Below, one piece after another: positions 1 through 13,050 of a stretch of 64,000 nucleotides of DNA (within the stretch, counting starts at the first letter, position 1; each line of letters begins with the position of its first letter). Made by a program: the position numbers and the translations under genes. The stretch spans positions 94,984,001 to 95,048,000 of the forward strand of contig NC_043000.1 of NCBI RefSeq assembly GCF_006345805.1, given 5' to 3'. The DNA is from Octopus sinensis. Its lineage: Eukaryota. The notes under the pieces are model-generated. The model searched no databases. It had not been told where the DNA came from and saw nothing but the letters and a program-made list of their open reading frames with translations.

Positions 1-87
1 AAAATATCAGTCTTCAAAGGTACCTGTCGAATCAATTATGTCTGTACAGCTTTCATAATTAAAACTTAGTAATATAACTAATGTGCA

Positions 88-151
<64 letters not shown>

Positions 152-163
152 CCTGTTTATATA

Positions 164-1031
164 TATTAGGAATACCCAAAACTAATCGAAAGTGTTCTCT
201 GTGAGACAAGTCAGCTGTAGTTCAGGCTTCAACTGCAAGAAGACACTAGATGCAACACTCAGGCATCAGTCTGCCAACTTGTGTCATTTAGAGAGGCCAT
301 GCTACCACATGGTGCATCTTTGTTTTGCAGTGCTTCTCCCCTGTTCGTCAATTCTTGCGAACGCAGAAGCGAATGAATAGTGTGCTTCCTTGAAACTTTT
401 TTTTCTGCTGAGGAAAACGACGGCTGAAACAGTTGTCATGCTTCAGACTGCTTACAAAGATGCTGCCTGATTCGTAAATCACAAGTTTCGAATGGTTTTC
501 ACGTTTAAGGATTGGTCACATGTCGCTTGATGACCAACCTGACCGTCGAACACCTAAACGAATGAAAACATCAGGAAAATTCATGAGGACCGTCGCCGAA
601 CAATTTATGAACTTGTTGATATGACTGGTGTGTCCTGAAGCTACTGCCAGCGAATTTTGAGCGAGGAATTGTGAATGAAAAGAATTGCAGCAAATTTGTG
701 CCTCGCTTGCTCAAAAGCAATCCAGACTGAATGCGTGTCGTGAACTGAAAGAACAGCTGGCAGCTGATCCGGGCCCTTTTTTCGAATGTCATCACTGGTG
801 ACGAAAACTGATGCTACGGAATTTTCAGATGTGGAAGTCATGAAGAAAAAAGTCGATGGAGGCTTTAAAAGGCAAGAGTTTTTGCACTTCTTCGAACACT
901 GGAAAACGCGTCTGGGCTGATGTATTACTTCAAATGAAGAATACTTCGAAGGCGATAAATGAGTAAACCTGTAAAACTAAGTGAATAAAATAACTTGCAA
1001 AATTGTGGTTTCTTTCGGGTATTCCCTCATA
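164..1031 (+). mobile_element. Degenerate, internally deleted mariner-family DNA transposon
   Basis: Broken frames read FLLRKTTAETVVMLQTAYKD (HTH), EDRRRTIYELVDMTGVS, NVITGDEN (first catalytic D) and [19 protein letters not shown] (mariner C-terminus). Imperfect TIRs share ggaataccc(a/g)aaa at ~168-180 and ~1013-1025. Confidence 0.85.
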
Positions 1032-1067
1032 CGTACATATGCTTGTGTACGGATGTATGTATTTATG

Positions 1068-1302
<235 letters not shown>

Positions 1303-1781
1303 GGAGTGAAAAACGGTATGGACCTTTTGTTTTGGTGTCTCGTTCTGCTGTATACGACTATGAGGATTTGCATCCCCAACAAAAAACTTGTCTTTTTCCA
1401 AACTTCTCAAACCTGCTATAATGTAATACATGTCTTTGGTGTGGTAATTGTGCACGGCTGAAGAAGGCTATTGACATACATGTTACATCAATTATGCATT
1501 GATATAAACTGTCCAATAAAGCCAGAAACATATGTACCGCTAAATCCTTTGCATCCTGTTTTTCTTTTAATAAATATACCCTATCACCTACACCACTAAC
1601 TGGCATATACAGGTGCTTACAGTTATCACGTATTCACCCAGAATTTTTTATACATATATATATTGTACATATACTTCCGGTATTCGAGTACTATTTTTCC
1701 CACCTTGTTTCACATTTAAGTGCTTATTCTGGTACATACATACATACGTACATATATATATATTTACATACGTGCATGCAT

Positions 1782-1884
<103 letters not shown>

Positions 1885-2009
1885 CATACGTACGTACATA
1901 TACATATATAAAGTAGAAAATATAGCACCATTGACTTTAAAATAATTATAACCAAATCAATAGTAAAGTTTATTTGCCAGCTTAACGTGGCAGCCCTGAA
2001 ATACTAATA

Positions 2010-2040
<31 letters not shown>

Positions 2041-2042
<2 letters not shown>

Positions 2043-2248
2043 TCTTTTAGTCTTTTACTTGTTTCAGCTGCGGCCATGCTGGAGCACCGCCTTTAGTCGA
2101 GCAAATCGACCCCAGGACTTATTCTTTGTAAGCCCAGTACTTATTTTATCGCTCTCTTTTGCCGAACCGCTAGGTGACGGGAACGTAAACACACCAGCAT
2201 TGGTTGTCAAGCAATGCTAGGGGGACAAACACAGACACACAAACACAC

Positions 2249-2328
<80 letters not shown>

Positions 2329-2485
2329 CATATATACGACAGGCTTCTTTCAGTTTCCGTCTGCCAAATCCACTCACAAGGCATTGGTCGGCCCGGGGCT
2401 ATAGCAGAAGACACTTGCCCAAGATGCCACGCAGTGGGACTGAACCCGGAACCATGTGGTTGGTTAGCAATCTACTTACCACACA
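2041..2485 (-). mobile_element. SINE family S1 (tRNA-derived head, CORE-like segment, internal microsatellite, AGTAAAAG-type tail)
   Basis: Matches the many other copies in this window. The head has A/B-box-like motifs and the body contains cttgggcaagtgtctt. Confidence 0.9.
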
Positions 2486-2489
2486 CATA

Positions 2490-2520
<31 letters not shown>

Positions 2521-2843
2521 ATAAAAAGAGGCTACCTGAATACAACTTGCTGGCAACACTCTAAATCCACAAATTTCTCGAGGTTAAGAAACATGTACGG
2601 TGAATGTAACGAATATAATAAAAACTTTTGTACGTTAGCACGTAAGGGTCACCTGCCAGGTTTACTGTATTCATCTATATTTCAAATATTTATTTCATTA
2701 CACCGTGCGAGTTTGTTCATCAGAATGCCCCCGCGACATTCAAAAACGAACATAAAGTGAGTCAGTACAATATAAAACTGAATAAAGTATTATTGTTATT
2801 TTTAATAATGGTAATAATACTTTATTAAATTTGTATATGTATA

Positions 2844-2879
<36 letters not shown>

Positions 2880-3033
2880 CATGCATTATATATGATATAT
2901 CCATATATATATATATATATATATATATGCATATATGTGTATATAGGTATATATATATATATATATATATATATCTATATATATATATATATATTATGTT
3001 TATATAATATATATATATATGCATATATGTGTA

Positions 3034-3093
<60 letters not shown>

Positions 3094-3100
3094 TATATGT

Positions 3101-3144
<44 letters not shown>

Positions 3145-3266
3145 AAATTTTATATTTTATATATTTTGTAAATTATATTAATTATTTTTATTTTCATGAT
3201 TTGGTTTATGTTTTTCACTGTTTGATTTGCCTAATAGTCGTTTTATCTCCAATTTAACTTATATTA

Positions 3267-3297
<31 letters not shown>

Positions 3298-3590
3298 TCC
3301 GTAATAATGAAGGGTGAAATTAATTAATTTGGAATAATTATCAATTACACCAAGTAGTCTTCGGCATGTAAAAGCCTCATTCGAGGAGGAGAAATTTAAG
3401 TAATACTAAGCATAAAGGGTTTAGCAACGAATTGCCTTACCACATACCGAATTTAGAAATAGCAGTCAAAGAGTTATAGCTATTTCTTCTACTAAAAAGG
3501 GAGATCTCAGTAAAAACAGCAATTGGAAGGCAGACACAAACAGGTAAGAGAGAATGAATTGACGGCAATCTATCATACAATTTTAAGTTA

Positions 3591-3697
3591 TCTACGGACG
3601 TACGTTTCGAAATCAAGTTTTTAGGAAAGCATAAGAATTAAATATTAAATATTAAATAATTCTATCTCACCAAAACTTCTTTTCTCTTCAGCGTAGA
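3591..3697 (-). ncRNA. Type I hammerhead ribozyme, family A, copy 1
   Basis: Minus strand reads UCUACG-CUGAAGA-GAAA...UUUC-GAAAC-GUAC-GUC/CGUAGA: canonical core, 6-bp stem I, long stem II, palindromic loop III. Predicted cut between 3597 and 3596. Confidence 0.85.
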
Positions 3698-4187
3698 ATA
3701 CTATAATCATAAATGATTATATATTGAATTTTGAGATACTAGAAGGCCCCAACTCAACTCAGTATCAGAGCGAGCTAGAATCCGCAACTAGTATCACCAA
3801 ATTCAATGTGTGAATGAAAAATTGTGTCACAGCCCCTTCCCACCCGCGTGTAGCCAAAACAAGATGCTGTGATCATCTACTGAGATAAAATATGGTTATC
3901 CGTAATAATGAAGGGTGAAATTAATTAATTTGGAATAATTATCAATTACACCAAGTAGTCTTCGGCATGTAAAAGCCTCATTCGAGGAAAATTTAAGTAA
4001 TACTAAGCATAAAGGGTTTAGCAACGAATTGCCTTACCACATACCGAATTTAGAAATAGCAGTCAAAGAGTTATAGCTATTTCTTCTACTAAAAAGGGAG
4101 ATCTCAGTAAAAACAGCAATTGGAAGGCAGACACAAACAGGTAAGAGAGAATGAATTGACGGCAATCTATCATACAATTTTAAGTTA

Positions 4188-4294
4188 TCTACGGACGTAC
4201 GTTTCGAAATCAAGTTTTTAGGAAAGCATAAGAATTAAATATTAAATATTAAATAATTCTATCTCACCAAAACTTCTTTTCTCTTCAGCGTAGA
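4188..4294 (-). ncRNA. Type I hammerhead ribozyme, family A, copy 2
   Basis: Same motif as copy 1, offset by 597 nt. Predicted cut between 4194 and 4193. Confidence 0.85.
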
Positions 4295-4996
4295 ATACTA
4301 TAATCATAAATGATTATATATTGAATTTTGAGATACTAGAAGGCACCAACTCAACTCAGTATCAGAGCGAGCTAGAATCCGCAACTAGTATCACCAAATT
4401 CAATGTGTGAATGAAAAGATTGTGTCACCAGCCCCTTCCCACCCGCGTGTAGCAAAAAACAAGATGCTGTGGTCATCTACTGAGATAAAATATGGTTATC
4501 CGTAATAATGAAGGGTGAAATTAATTAATTTGGAATAATTATCAATTACACCAAGTAGTCTTCGGCATATAAAAGCCTCATTCAGGAAAAAATTTAAGTA
4601 ATACTAAGCAATAAAGGGTTTAGCAACGAATTGCCTTACCACATACCGAATTTAGAAATAGCAGTCAAAGAGTTATAGCTATTTCTTCTACTAAAAAGGG
4701 AGATCTCAGTAAAAACAGCAATTGGAAGGCAGACACAAACAGGTAAGAGAGAATGAATTGACGGCAATCTATCATACAATTTTAAGTTACGGATAACCAT
4801 ATTTTATCTCAGTAGATGACCACAGCATCTTGTTTTGGCTACACGCGGGTGGGAAGGGGCTGGTGACACAATCTTTTCATTCACACATTGAATTTGGTGA
4901 TACTAGTTGCGGATTCTAGCTCGCTCTGATACTGAGTTGAGTTGGTGCCTTCTATTATCTCAAAATTCAATATATAATCATTTATGATTATAGTAT

Positions 4997-5103
4997 TCTA
5001 CGCTGAAGAGAAAAGAAGTTTTGGTGAGATAGAATTATTTAATACTTAATATTTAATTCTTATGCTTTCCTAAAAACTTGATTTCGAAACGTACGTCCGT
5101 AGA
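4997..5103 (+). ncRNA. Type I hammerhead ribozyme, family A, inverted copy
   Basis: tctacg(4997)-ctgaaga(5003)-76-nt stem II-gaaac(5086)-gtac-gtc(5095-5097)-cgtaga. Confidence 0.85.
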
Positions 5104-5308
5104 TAACTTAAAATTGTATGATAGATTGCCGTCAATTCATTCTCTCTTACCTGTTTGTGTCTGCCTTCCAATTGCTGTTTTTACTGAGATCTCCCTTTTT
5201 AGTAGAGAAATAGCTATAACTCTTTGACTGCTATTTCTAAATTCGGTATGTGGTAAGGCAATTCGTTGCTAAACCCTTTATTGCTTAGTATATATATATA
5301 TATATAAG

Positions 5309-5724
5309 GGCAGGAGTGGCTGTGTGGTAAGTAGCTTGCTAACCAACCACATGGTTCCTGGTTCAGTCCCACTGCGTGGCATCTTGGGCAAGTGTCTTCT
5401 GCTATAGCCCCGGGCCGACCAATGCCTTGTGAGTGGATTTGGTAGACGGAAACTGAAAGAAGCCTGTCGTATATATGTATATATTTATATGAGTGTGTGT
5501 GTATATGTTTGTGTGTCTGTGTTTGTCCCCCTAGCATTGCTTGACAACCGATGCTGGTGTGTTTACGTCCCCGTCACTTAGCGGTTCGGCAAAAGAGACC
5601 GATAGAATAAGTACTGGCCTTACAAAGAATAGGGCCCGGGGTCGATTTGCTCCTCGACTAAAGGCGGTGCTCCAGCATGGCCGCAGTCAAATGACTGAAA
5701 CAAGTAAAAGAAAGTAAAAGAAAG
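5309..5724 (+). mobile_element. SINE family S1
   Basis: Full head-body-microsatellite-tail structure. Confidence 0.9.
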
Positions 5725-6261
5725 AAATATATAGTGATTATAAATAATAAAGATATGTGTGTGTTTGTGCGTGTGTGGAAAATATAGCACCATTGAGATT
5801 GAAATGATTAAATAATTATAACCAAAATAATTATAACCAAATCAATAGGTAGAAAATATGTAATGAATATACAGAAGTAAATAAGGTATTCTAGGTTCAT
5901 ATAATAACCTAACTCCAATAGGGTACAAACGAATAACACTAGAATAAAATGAAATATTAAAGTACATTTTCTCTTGTATTAAAGTTTTAGAGACAGATTC
6001 CTGTGATGTAAAAGATCTGCTACTTTCTGGAAACGGGTTGGTATAAATGTGAGTGCAATAGAAAGAGAGAGAGAAAAAGAGAGAGAAATTTAATTTAACA
6101 CTACCGATATGCGCACACATACACACACTTATGTGCATTCGAACGCAATTGCATAAATGCCAAATAGATGTGTGTGTGCGCATGCGCTTGTGATAGAGTG
6201 GGTGGTAGCATGTGTATATGTTCGCATGCTATTAGCGTTCGTATTACTCATATAACGATAA

Positions 6262-6659
6262 AGGCGGCGAGCTGGCAGAATCGTTAGCACGCCGGGCGAA
6301 ATGCTTAGCGGTATTTCGTCTGCCGTTACGTTCTGAGTTCAAATTCCGCCGAGGTCGACTTGCCTTTCACCCTTTCGGGGTCGATAAATTAAGTACCGGT
6401 TACGCACTGGGGTCGATATAATCGACTTAATCCGCTTGTCTGTCCTTGTTTGTCCCCTCTATGTTTAGCCCCTTGTGGGTAGTAAAGAAATAGGTATTTC
6501 GTCTGCCGTTACGTTCTGAGTTCAAATTTCGCAGAGGTTGACTTTGCCTTTCTTCTTTTTGGGGTCCATATATTATGTACCAGTGAATCAGTGGCGTCCT
6601 CCCCACCCCCACGCCCACACAAATTTCAGGCCTCGTGCCTATAGCAGAAAGGATTATTC
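6262..6659 (+). mobile_element. tRNA-derived SINE family M (Meta-domain-like centre), with a partial internal tandem duplication
   Basis: Head ggcggcgagctggcagaatcgttagc; central gaggtcgacttgcctttcaccctttcggggtcgataaattaagtacc resembles the MetaSINE domain as I recall it; the body repeats from ~6492. Confidence 0.75.
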
Positions 6660-7542
6660 ATATAACGAAAGGTGAAACTGGAACTGAGACAGAAAGAATG
6701 AGAACTGTTAATCACGATAAGAGTCAACATATGAATGCTGATAGGCAAGAATCTTTTGCACGAGTCAGAAGCAGAAAACATGACCCAAGAGAATAGACAA
6801 GATTTCTTAAAAATTAGTGAAAGGATTATGAAAGAAATTACAGAATATTACTACCAAGATAAGAGATATTTATGGCTGAACACTGTACCACAAAATAGAT
6901 CGTACAATTTCAGCGGATACTGCTAGTTATTAAAAAAATCATTCAGTGTATTCTTACGTTTGAACGGAACTCTATGAATATATAAACTTTAGATTAAAAA
7001 TTAATCAGTGATGCAAAGCAGTATTTCAGAACAACGCATCGACAGTTAGATATATTTGCATATTGAATAAAATAAAATATATACATATTGCATATATGTA
7101 TATGTATATATATACATATTGCATAGATGTACAAAAGCAAATATAAATAACGTTAAAATCTAAATATTTAAATAGACGAATGTACGGAACTATTTGCTCA
7201 CAGTAAAATACAATAGAATTAAATTGTATTATTTCAATATATTGATAGGAGGTGTAGAGATAACAAATACGAAACTAACATTACAGTTAAGTGATTTATT
7301 GAATTAAATATGCAAAGCATTTAGAGGTAAAAAAAATATTATTAAAAGTAAATACTGTAAACAAAAATAAAAAGCTTCTATTAGTATTTACTAGGTTAAA
7401 GGATATTAATATTAAAAATAAATATAATATATTAATAAAATAGTTTGTATATTTTCCCCTTTAAATATGTTCAAAAGCATTAACAAGGTAATATGAATGT
7501 GCATGTATGCACGTATGAGTGTGTATGTATATATATATATAT

Positions 7543-7614
<72 letters not shown>

Positions 7615-7954
7615 TCAATATGTTTTATAAGTATAAAAAGTGTAATATGTATGCGTGTGTATATATATGTATATAATATATGTGTGTGGTGCGTGTGTGT
7701 GTATATGTGTGTGTGTACACACCTTCATCTTCTTTTTTATACTCATAAATATATCGAAAGAAAAATATACAAGAGATATATAGCTAGATACTCATATATA
7801 GATTTGTATACGAATATTCACAGGCGCATATACGTATATGTATGTATGTTTGATTATATATGTATTTATATATAATATAATAATATTATAATATATATAT
7901 ATATATATATAATATAATGTATATATATATACATAATATATATATGTGGTGTGT

Positions 7955-7990
<36 letters not shown>

Positions 7991-8019
7991 GTGTGTGTGT
8001 GGTGAAGAATAATTGCCCA

Positions 8020-8350
8020 CTTCAGTCATGAATGAAAATCGCATTGCAGAATTGCACATAGAAAGTTCTTCTCTGCGACACAAATCCGGGAAAAATTGTT
8101 TATGGAAGACCAATAGTCGCTTATACATACCAACCTTCCTTTTCCATGTCACCGACGTTATCCATGGGAAAGGCAAAGGCTGATACAGCTTGGCAACAGT
8201 GACGTCGCACTTCATTTATACAGGTGAACGAACTGGAGCAGCATGAAATAAAGTGTCTTGCTCAAGAACACAGCATACATCCCGGTCCGGGAATCAAAAT
8301 CACTACCTCTTGAGTGTAAGTCCAACTCTCTAACCGCCGAGGCTCACGAA
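8020..8350 (-). mobile_element. tRNA-derived CORE-like SINE family S2, degenerate
   Basis: Homologous to 40133-40475; contains gtgttcttgagcaagacactttatttca...gctccagttc. Confidence 0.8.
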
Positions 8351-8587
8351 AGCGCGCATGACTTGATAGCATGTATCATGCTTTCGCTAATTGTTTTGTG
8401 TGACGATGTAGTAATGAGCGAACACAAACCTCTCAGGCCTACCCGACGCTTTCTTCAGTGAAACAAGCAATATGTGACAACTAGAGACACAGGATACACG
8501 AGCATTAAGTTAGGTGTCATTTTCCTGCTGAGTAGACTGGGCCAAGAACTCAATACATACAAACATATATAAATAGATACACACTTA

Positions 8588-8746
<159 letters not shown>

Positions 8747-8752
8747 TGTATA

Positions 8753-9569
8753 TATACCCAAACGAAACCGGGATTTTGCATTATTTTAGGCACTTAGATT
8801 TACATGTTTATACATTTATCGTCTTCAAGTATTCTCCATTTGAAGCAATGCATCGATCCATACGCGTTTTCCACTGCTTAAGAACTCTTGCGACGTGATT
8901 CCTTTTAAAGCCGCCGTTTATTTTTTCCCTCACCTCTTTTTACATTTGCAAATTCCGTAGCACCAGCTTTTGTCACCAGTGATGACCTTTGAAAGGTGCA
9001 GATCAATTTTCAGCTTTTCTTTCAGATCACGATATGCATTCAGTCGTGATTGCTTTTGAACTTCCGTGAGTAAGCGAGAAAAATTTTGCTGGAACTCTTT
9101 TCCTCGCTCAATTCCTCGCTCAAAATTCGTTGGCAGTACCTCCAGGACACGCCAGTCATATCAACAAGTTCGTCAGTTGTTCTGTGACGGTTTCTCCAAG
9201 ATCAGTTCATGAACTTTTATGATGTTTTCATTCGTTCGGGTGTTCGACGGTCACTCTGAATGAGGCTGGTCTTCAAGCGACAAGTGACCATTCCTAAAGC
9301 GTGAAAACCATTTCCAAGCGTGAAAAGATGTCTTCCCCAGCAGAAAACAGAATTTCACGGAAACATGCTGTTCCTTCGCTTCAACCATCGCAAAAGTCGA
9401 AGAACAGGGTAGAAGCACTGCAAAACAGTATGACCACAACCGACCACACCAGTCGGCAGACTGATGCCTGAGCGTTGCATCAAGTGGCTTCTAGCGGCGG
9501 AAGCCTGAACTGCAAAGGGTTTGTCCCATAGAGAACGTTTTTGCTTACTTTTGGGTACATCCTCTCATA
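8753..9569 (-). mobile_element. Second deleted copy of the mariner family seen at 164-1031, opposite orientation
   Basis: CFAVLLPCSS...KFCFLLGK...WFSRFRNGHLSLEDQP matches copy 1; it carries the mariner C-terminus and a similar acccaaa TIR motif. Confidence 0.85.
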
Positions 9570-9581
9570 CATATATACATA

Positions 9582-9976
9582 GGCGCAGGAGTGACTGTGT
9601 GGCAAGTAGCTTGCTTACCAACCACATGGTTCCGAGTTCAGTCTCACTGCGAGGCACCTTGGGCAAGTGCTTTCTAGTATAGCCTCTGGCTGACCAAAGC
9701 CTTGTAAGTGGATTTGGTAGCTGGAAACTGAAAGAAGCCCGTCGTATATATGTGTATATATATATGTTTGTGTGTCTGTGTTTGTCCCTCCAACATAGCT
9801 TGACAACCGATGCTGGTGTGTTTACGTCCCCGTAATCTAGCGGTTCGGCAAAGGAGACCGATAGAATAAGTACTAGGTTTCCAAAGAATAAGTCTTGGGG
9901 TCGATTTGCTCGACTAAAGGCGGTGCTGCAGCATGGCCGCAGTCATATGACTGAAACAAGTAAAAGAGTAAAAGAG
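9582..9976 (+). mobile_element. SINE family S1
   Basis: Full-length copy. Confidence 0.9.
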
Positions 9977-10329
9977 ATATATACAGACATCATATAAGTG
10001 TATACACACACGCACACACACACACACACACACTCACACACACATCAGATATATGTATGTGTAGTCTGTGTATCGAAAGACAAACAAAAACCTTTTAAAA
10101 TGCTTTTAATAATTTAAAAATAGAAGTGTGAACAGTACGAATTAGATATGCATACACATTCATTTGTCCGCTCTCTCCCCAACGCATATATATACTCAAA
10201 GAAAAGCTTATAGTCTTAATATTATATAAATAAACATATGTATATTGATGAACAGAAGAATAAACAAAGTTAGATAAGTGAAGGCGCACTAAGCAGTATT
10301 CAATGAATTGTATACCAAGATATTAAACA

Positions 10330-11420
10330 AAACTGTTCATAACTATACTTCATTCAAAACTGCTTAATGCACATCTAATTACTGCTTCACAAAGCCTTTC
10401 AGTTATCCGGTCATTGGTTCATGATGGACTGCTTTGACGATCAATGTTACTCTCATCTCGGAGCTTTCTATTAACATATCCATGCATAGTATTTTGCTTA
10501 TATATGCTCATCCTTTCATATATGTTGCAGTAGAGTCGTGCGAATTCTTTGGACATGTATTTAAGGTTATCAGACAAGGAATATTGCTCAAGGAGCTGCC
10601 TTCCAAGTCTTATGATGTTATCATACTCATATACGCAAACTTGGTCAAGGGATGCACTTCGACATTTAATGGTTAAAAGATATTGCCGAAGGAATATGCT
10701 ACGACATTCAAAGGCATTTTGGATCGATGTAAAGCCACCTTGTTTTCGTTTTAGGTAGAATCGGTTTACGTCACTGTTTATGTGGAAATTATGTGTGCTT
10801 GGTAGTATTTTTCGGGTTGTCATATCAATGGCTCGGATCTCATCAAGCGCCCAATCAAGGAGCCCTAATATTGTTAAAACACTTCAAATACTTTGTGGAT
10901 TATTGTTTTATTGAATGCAGAGAGTTCTGAGGTCCAAATTTTCTTTATTCGGTGGCAAGATTCTTTAGTCGCACGAGATTTATTACAGGTGCCATTGTAA
11001 AATGTTTTCATCCACCCCTGGATATTTGTAAGATTTCTTCTCAAGTCATTGATGGAGACGTTGCTAGTCTGGCTTAGTTTTCCCCCCTATTCACAACCAT
11101 ATAACATCATTTATCCTCACCAAACTCCAACCTATATCTCTTTGGGAATGTTGCAACTAAGTCAAGGCTCTTTTTCATCACGTGCATATTCTTAGCATAA
11201 AGTTTCAAGTTATCCATAAAGTAACAGTCTGTAATCGTGGTATTTCTGTTTCCTTGTGAACCAGTGAGATATCCTTCAGATTTCCTTTACAAGAACGACA
11301 AAGGAGTTTACAGAAAGTATAAACATCACAGAGAGGTTGTCCCCTTGGAATATGCCTTTGCGATTCTGTATGCTATCAGTGACAATACAGTCACTTTGTT
11401 TAAATTCAAGATGGTGGCCC
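10330..11420 (-). mobile_element. Non-LTR retrotransposon RT fragment, R4/Dong-like clade, frameshifted
   Basis: RKGIFQGDNLS (RT motif), FMDNLKLYAK (YxDD-like), HINSDVNRFYLKRKQGG and MHGYVNRKLRDESNID match motifs typical of R4/Dong-type LINEs. Confidence 0.75.
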
Positions 11421-11956
11421 AAGATGTATGTATCTATGTATGTATTATGTGTGAATGAATGTATGTATGAATGCATGCATGTATGTAAACTAATTTATAA
11501 TTAAATCCACTATCGTTCGAAACATTATTATAATATGGGGCGTATTCTTTGAATATGTCTACATTAACTCATATAATCGGTCCTTGCAATTAACCGATGT
11601 AATAGATATTCCTGATAATGCTTCGAGGATAATTGAGCAGTTATTTATTTTATAACTGATTAGTTTATAATGGATATATTTTTTCATAATAATTACTTTC
11701 ATTAATATTTCATTTTTGCCTATCAACGTTTAGATAAATACCTTTATATAAAATTTCTAAAATCTATCATATAATATTTTGTTCTTATGTATATTTTTTT
11801 GGCCTTATCCAATTAAAATGAATATTGTATTTTAAGGGTTTCCTAACATTAATTTGAATTAATATTAATTTACTCATGTATGTAAAAGTTTTTTCAACAT
11901 CCCATAATACACAGATCCTTTATAACCTTATCTGAAAATGATTTTAACAACTAAAT

Positions 11957-12009
<53 letters not shown>

Positions 12010-12064
12010 ATAAAAATTTAGAAGATTTTTGATTGAAGGCTACTTTTTGTTCTATATATATATA

Positions 12065-12770
12065 TAGAGGGGTTGGACAAACTAATGGAAACATCTTAAA
12101 ATTTCAAACAAATTTATTTCAATATGGGGTAGGACCGCCTTTGAATTGTTTCCAAAGGAATATTTGTCTATTCTTCAGCTAAAACAGTCTCCGGTTCTTG
12201 CAGTGATTATGGTGGAGGATATCGACTCCTTTTTCTAAAATGCACCATAAATGTTCAATAACATTGAGATTTGGGGACTGTGGTGGTCAGATAAGATGTT
12301 CAACTTCACTAGAATGTTCTTCGTGCCATTCAGTAACAATTTTAGCTGTGTGAAATGGTGCATTACCATCCTGAAAGATTGCGTTTCCCTCCGGAAACAT
12401 TTCCGCAACCATAGGATGAATTTGACCAGATAAAATGCCGAAGTAATCTTGACTATTAATTCAGCCATGAAGGGAAAACATTGGGCCGGCGGATTTCCAA
12501 AATATGGCACCCAAGATCATCACAGATCCTCCTCCATGTCTAACAGTTGGAAGAGAGCAGTCTGGATCAAATGCTTCTTTTGGCTGTCTCCACACGTATA
12601 CTGGGTCGGTGGTCGGAAATAAGGTAAAGGAAGACGCGTCCGAGAAAATAACATTCTTCCACTGTTCTAGGGACCAATTCTGTAGGTTTTTACTCCACTC
12701 TAGACGCTTTGCAACGTTTGTTAAATGTTTGACAACTCAGCACCGTCCATTGGACGGGGGGGCGTTTTGC
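12065..12770 (-). mobile_element. Tc1-family (DD34E) transposon, 3' half
   Basis: Minus strand reads VIFSDAS, TVRHGGGSVM, FQDGNAPFHT and PQSPNLNVIEHLW. A TIR-like end gagggttggacaaactaatggaaaca lies at ~12066. Confidence 0.85.
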
Positions 12771-12772
12771 TC

Positions 12773-12865
<93 letters not shown>

Positions 12866-12866
<1 letters not shown>

Positions 12867-13020
12867 GATGGGCTTTTCAGTTTCCGTCTACCAAATCCAC
12901 TCACAAGGCTTTGATCGGCCCGCGGTTATAGAAGACACTTGCCCAAGATGTAACGCAGTGGAACTGAACTCCGAGACATGTTGGTAAGCATGCTTCTTAC
13001 TACACAACCACGCCTGCGCC
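12866..13020 (-). mobile_element. SINE family S1, 5' half
   Basis: Head and CORE-like part only. Confidence 0.85.
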
Positions 13021-13050
13021 TATAGAAGGAAAAAAAATCCTTTAACGTAT

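Larger units (their letters stand above)
3294..5290 (-). repeat. ~600-bp tandem array (2.5 copies, 3294-4789) plus an inverted copy (4787-5290), each full unit carrying a hammerhead ribozyme; candidate retrozyme/Penelope pLTR array
   Basis: The unit start gttatccgtaataatgaaggg recurs at 3294, 3895 and 4495. Its reverse complement runs from 4787 to 5290. Both ends abut (TA)n. Confidence 0.9.

Noticed and set aside
405-441. Hammerhead-like CTGAGGA...GAAAC AGTT GTC
   Set aside because: It lies in mariner coding sequence (LLRKTTAETVVM), and stems I and II do not pair.
3294-5290. CRISPR-like or classical satellite interpretation of the array
   Set aside because: There are no unique spacers, the context is eukaryotic, and the array is short with a ribozyme and inversion that fit a retroelement better.
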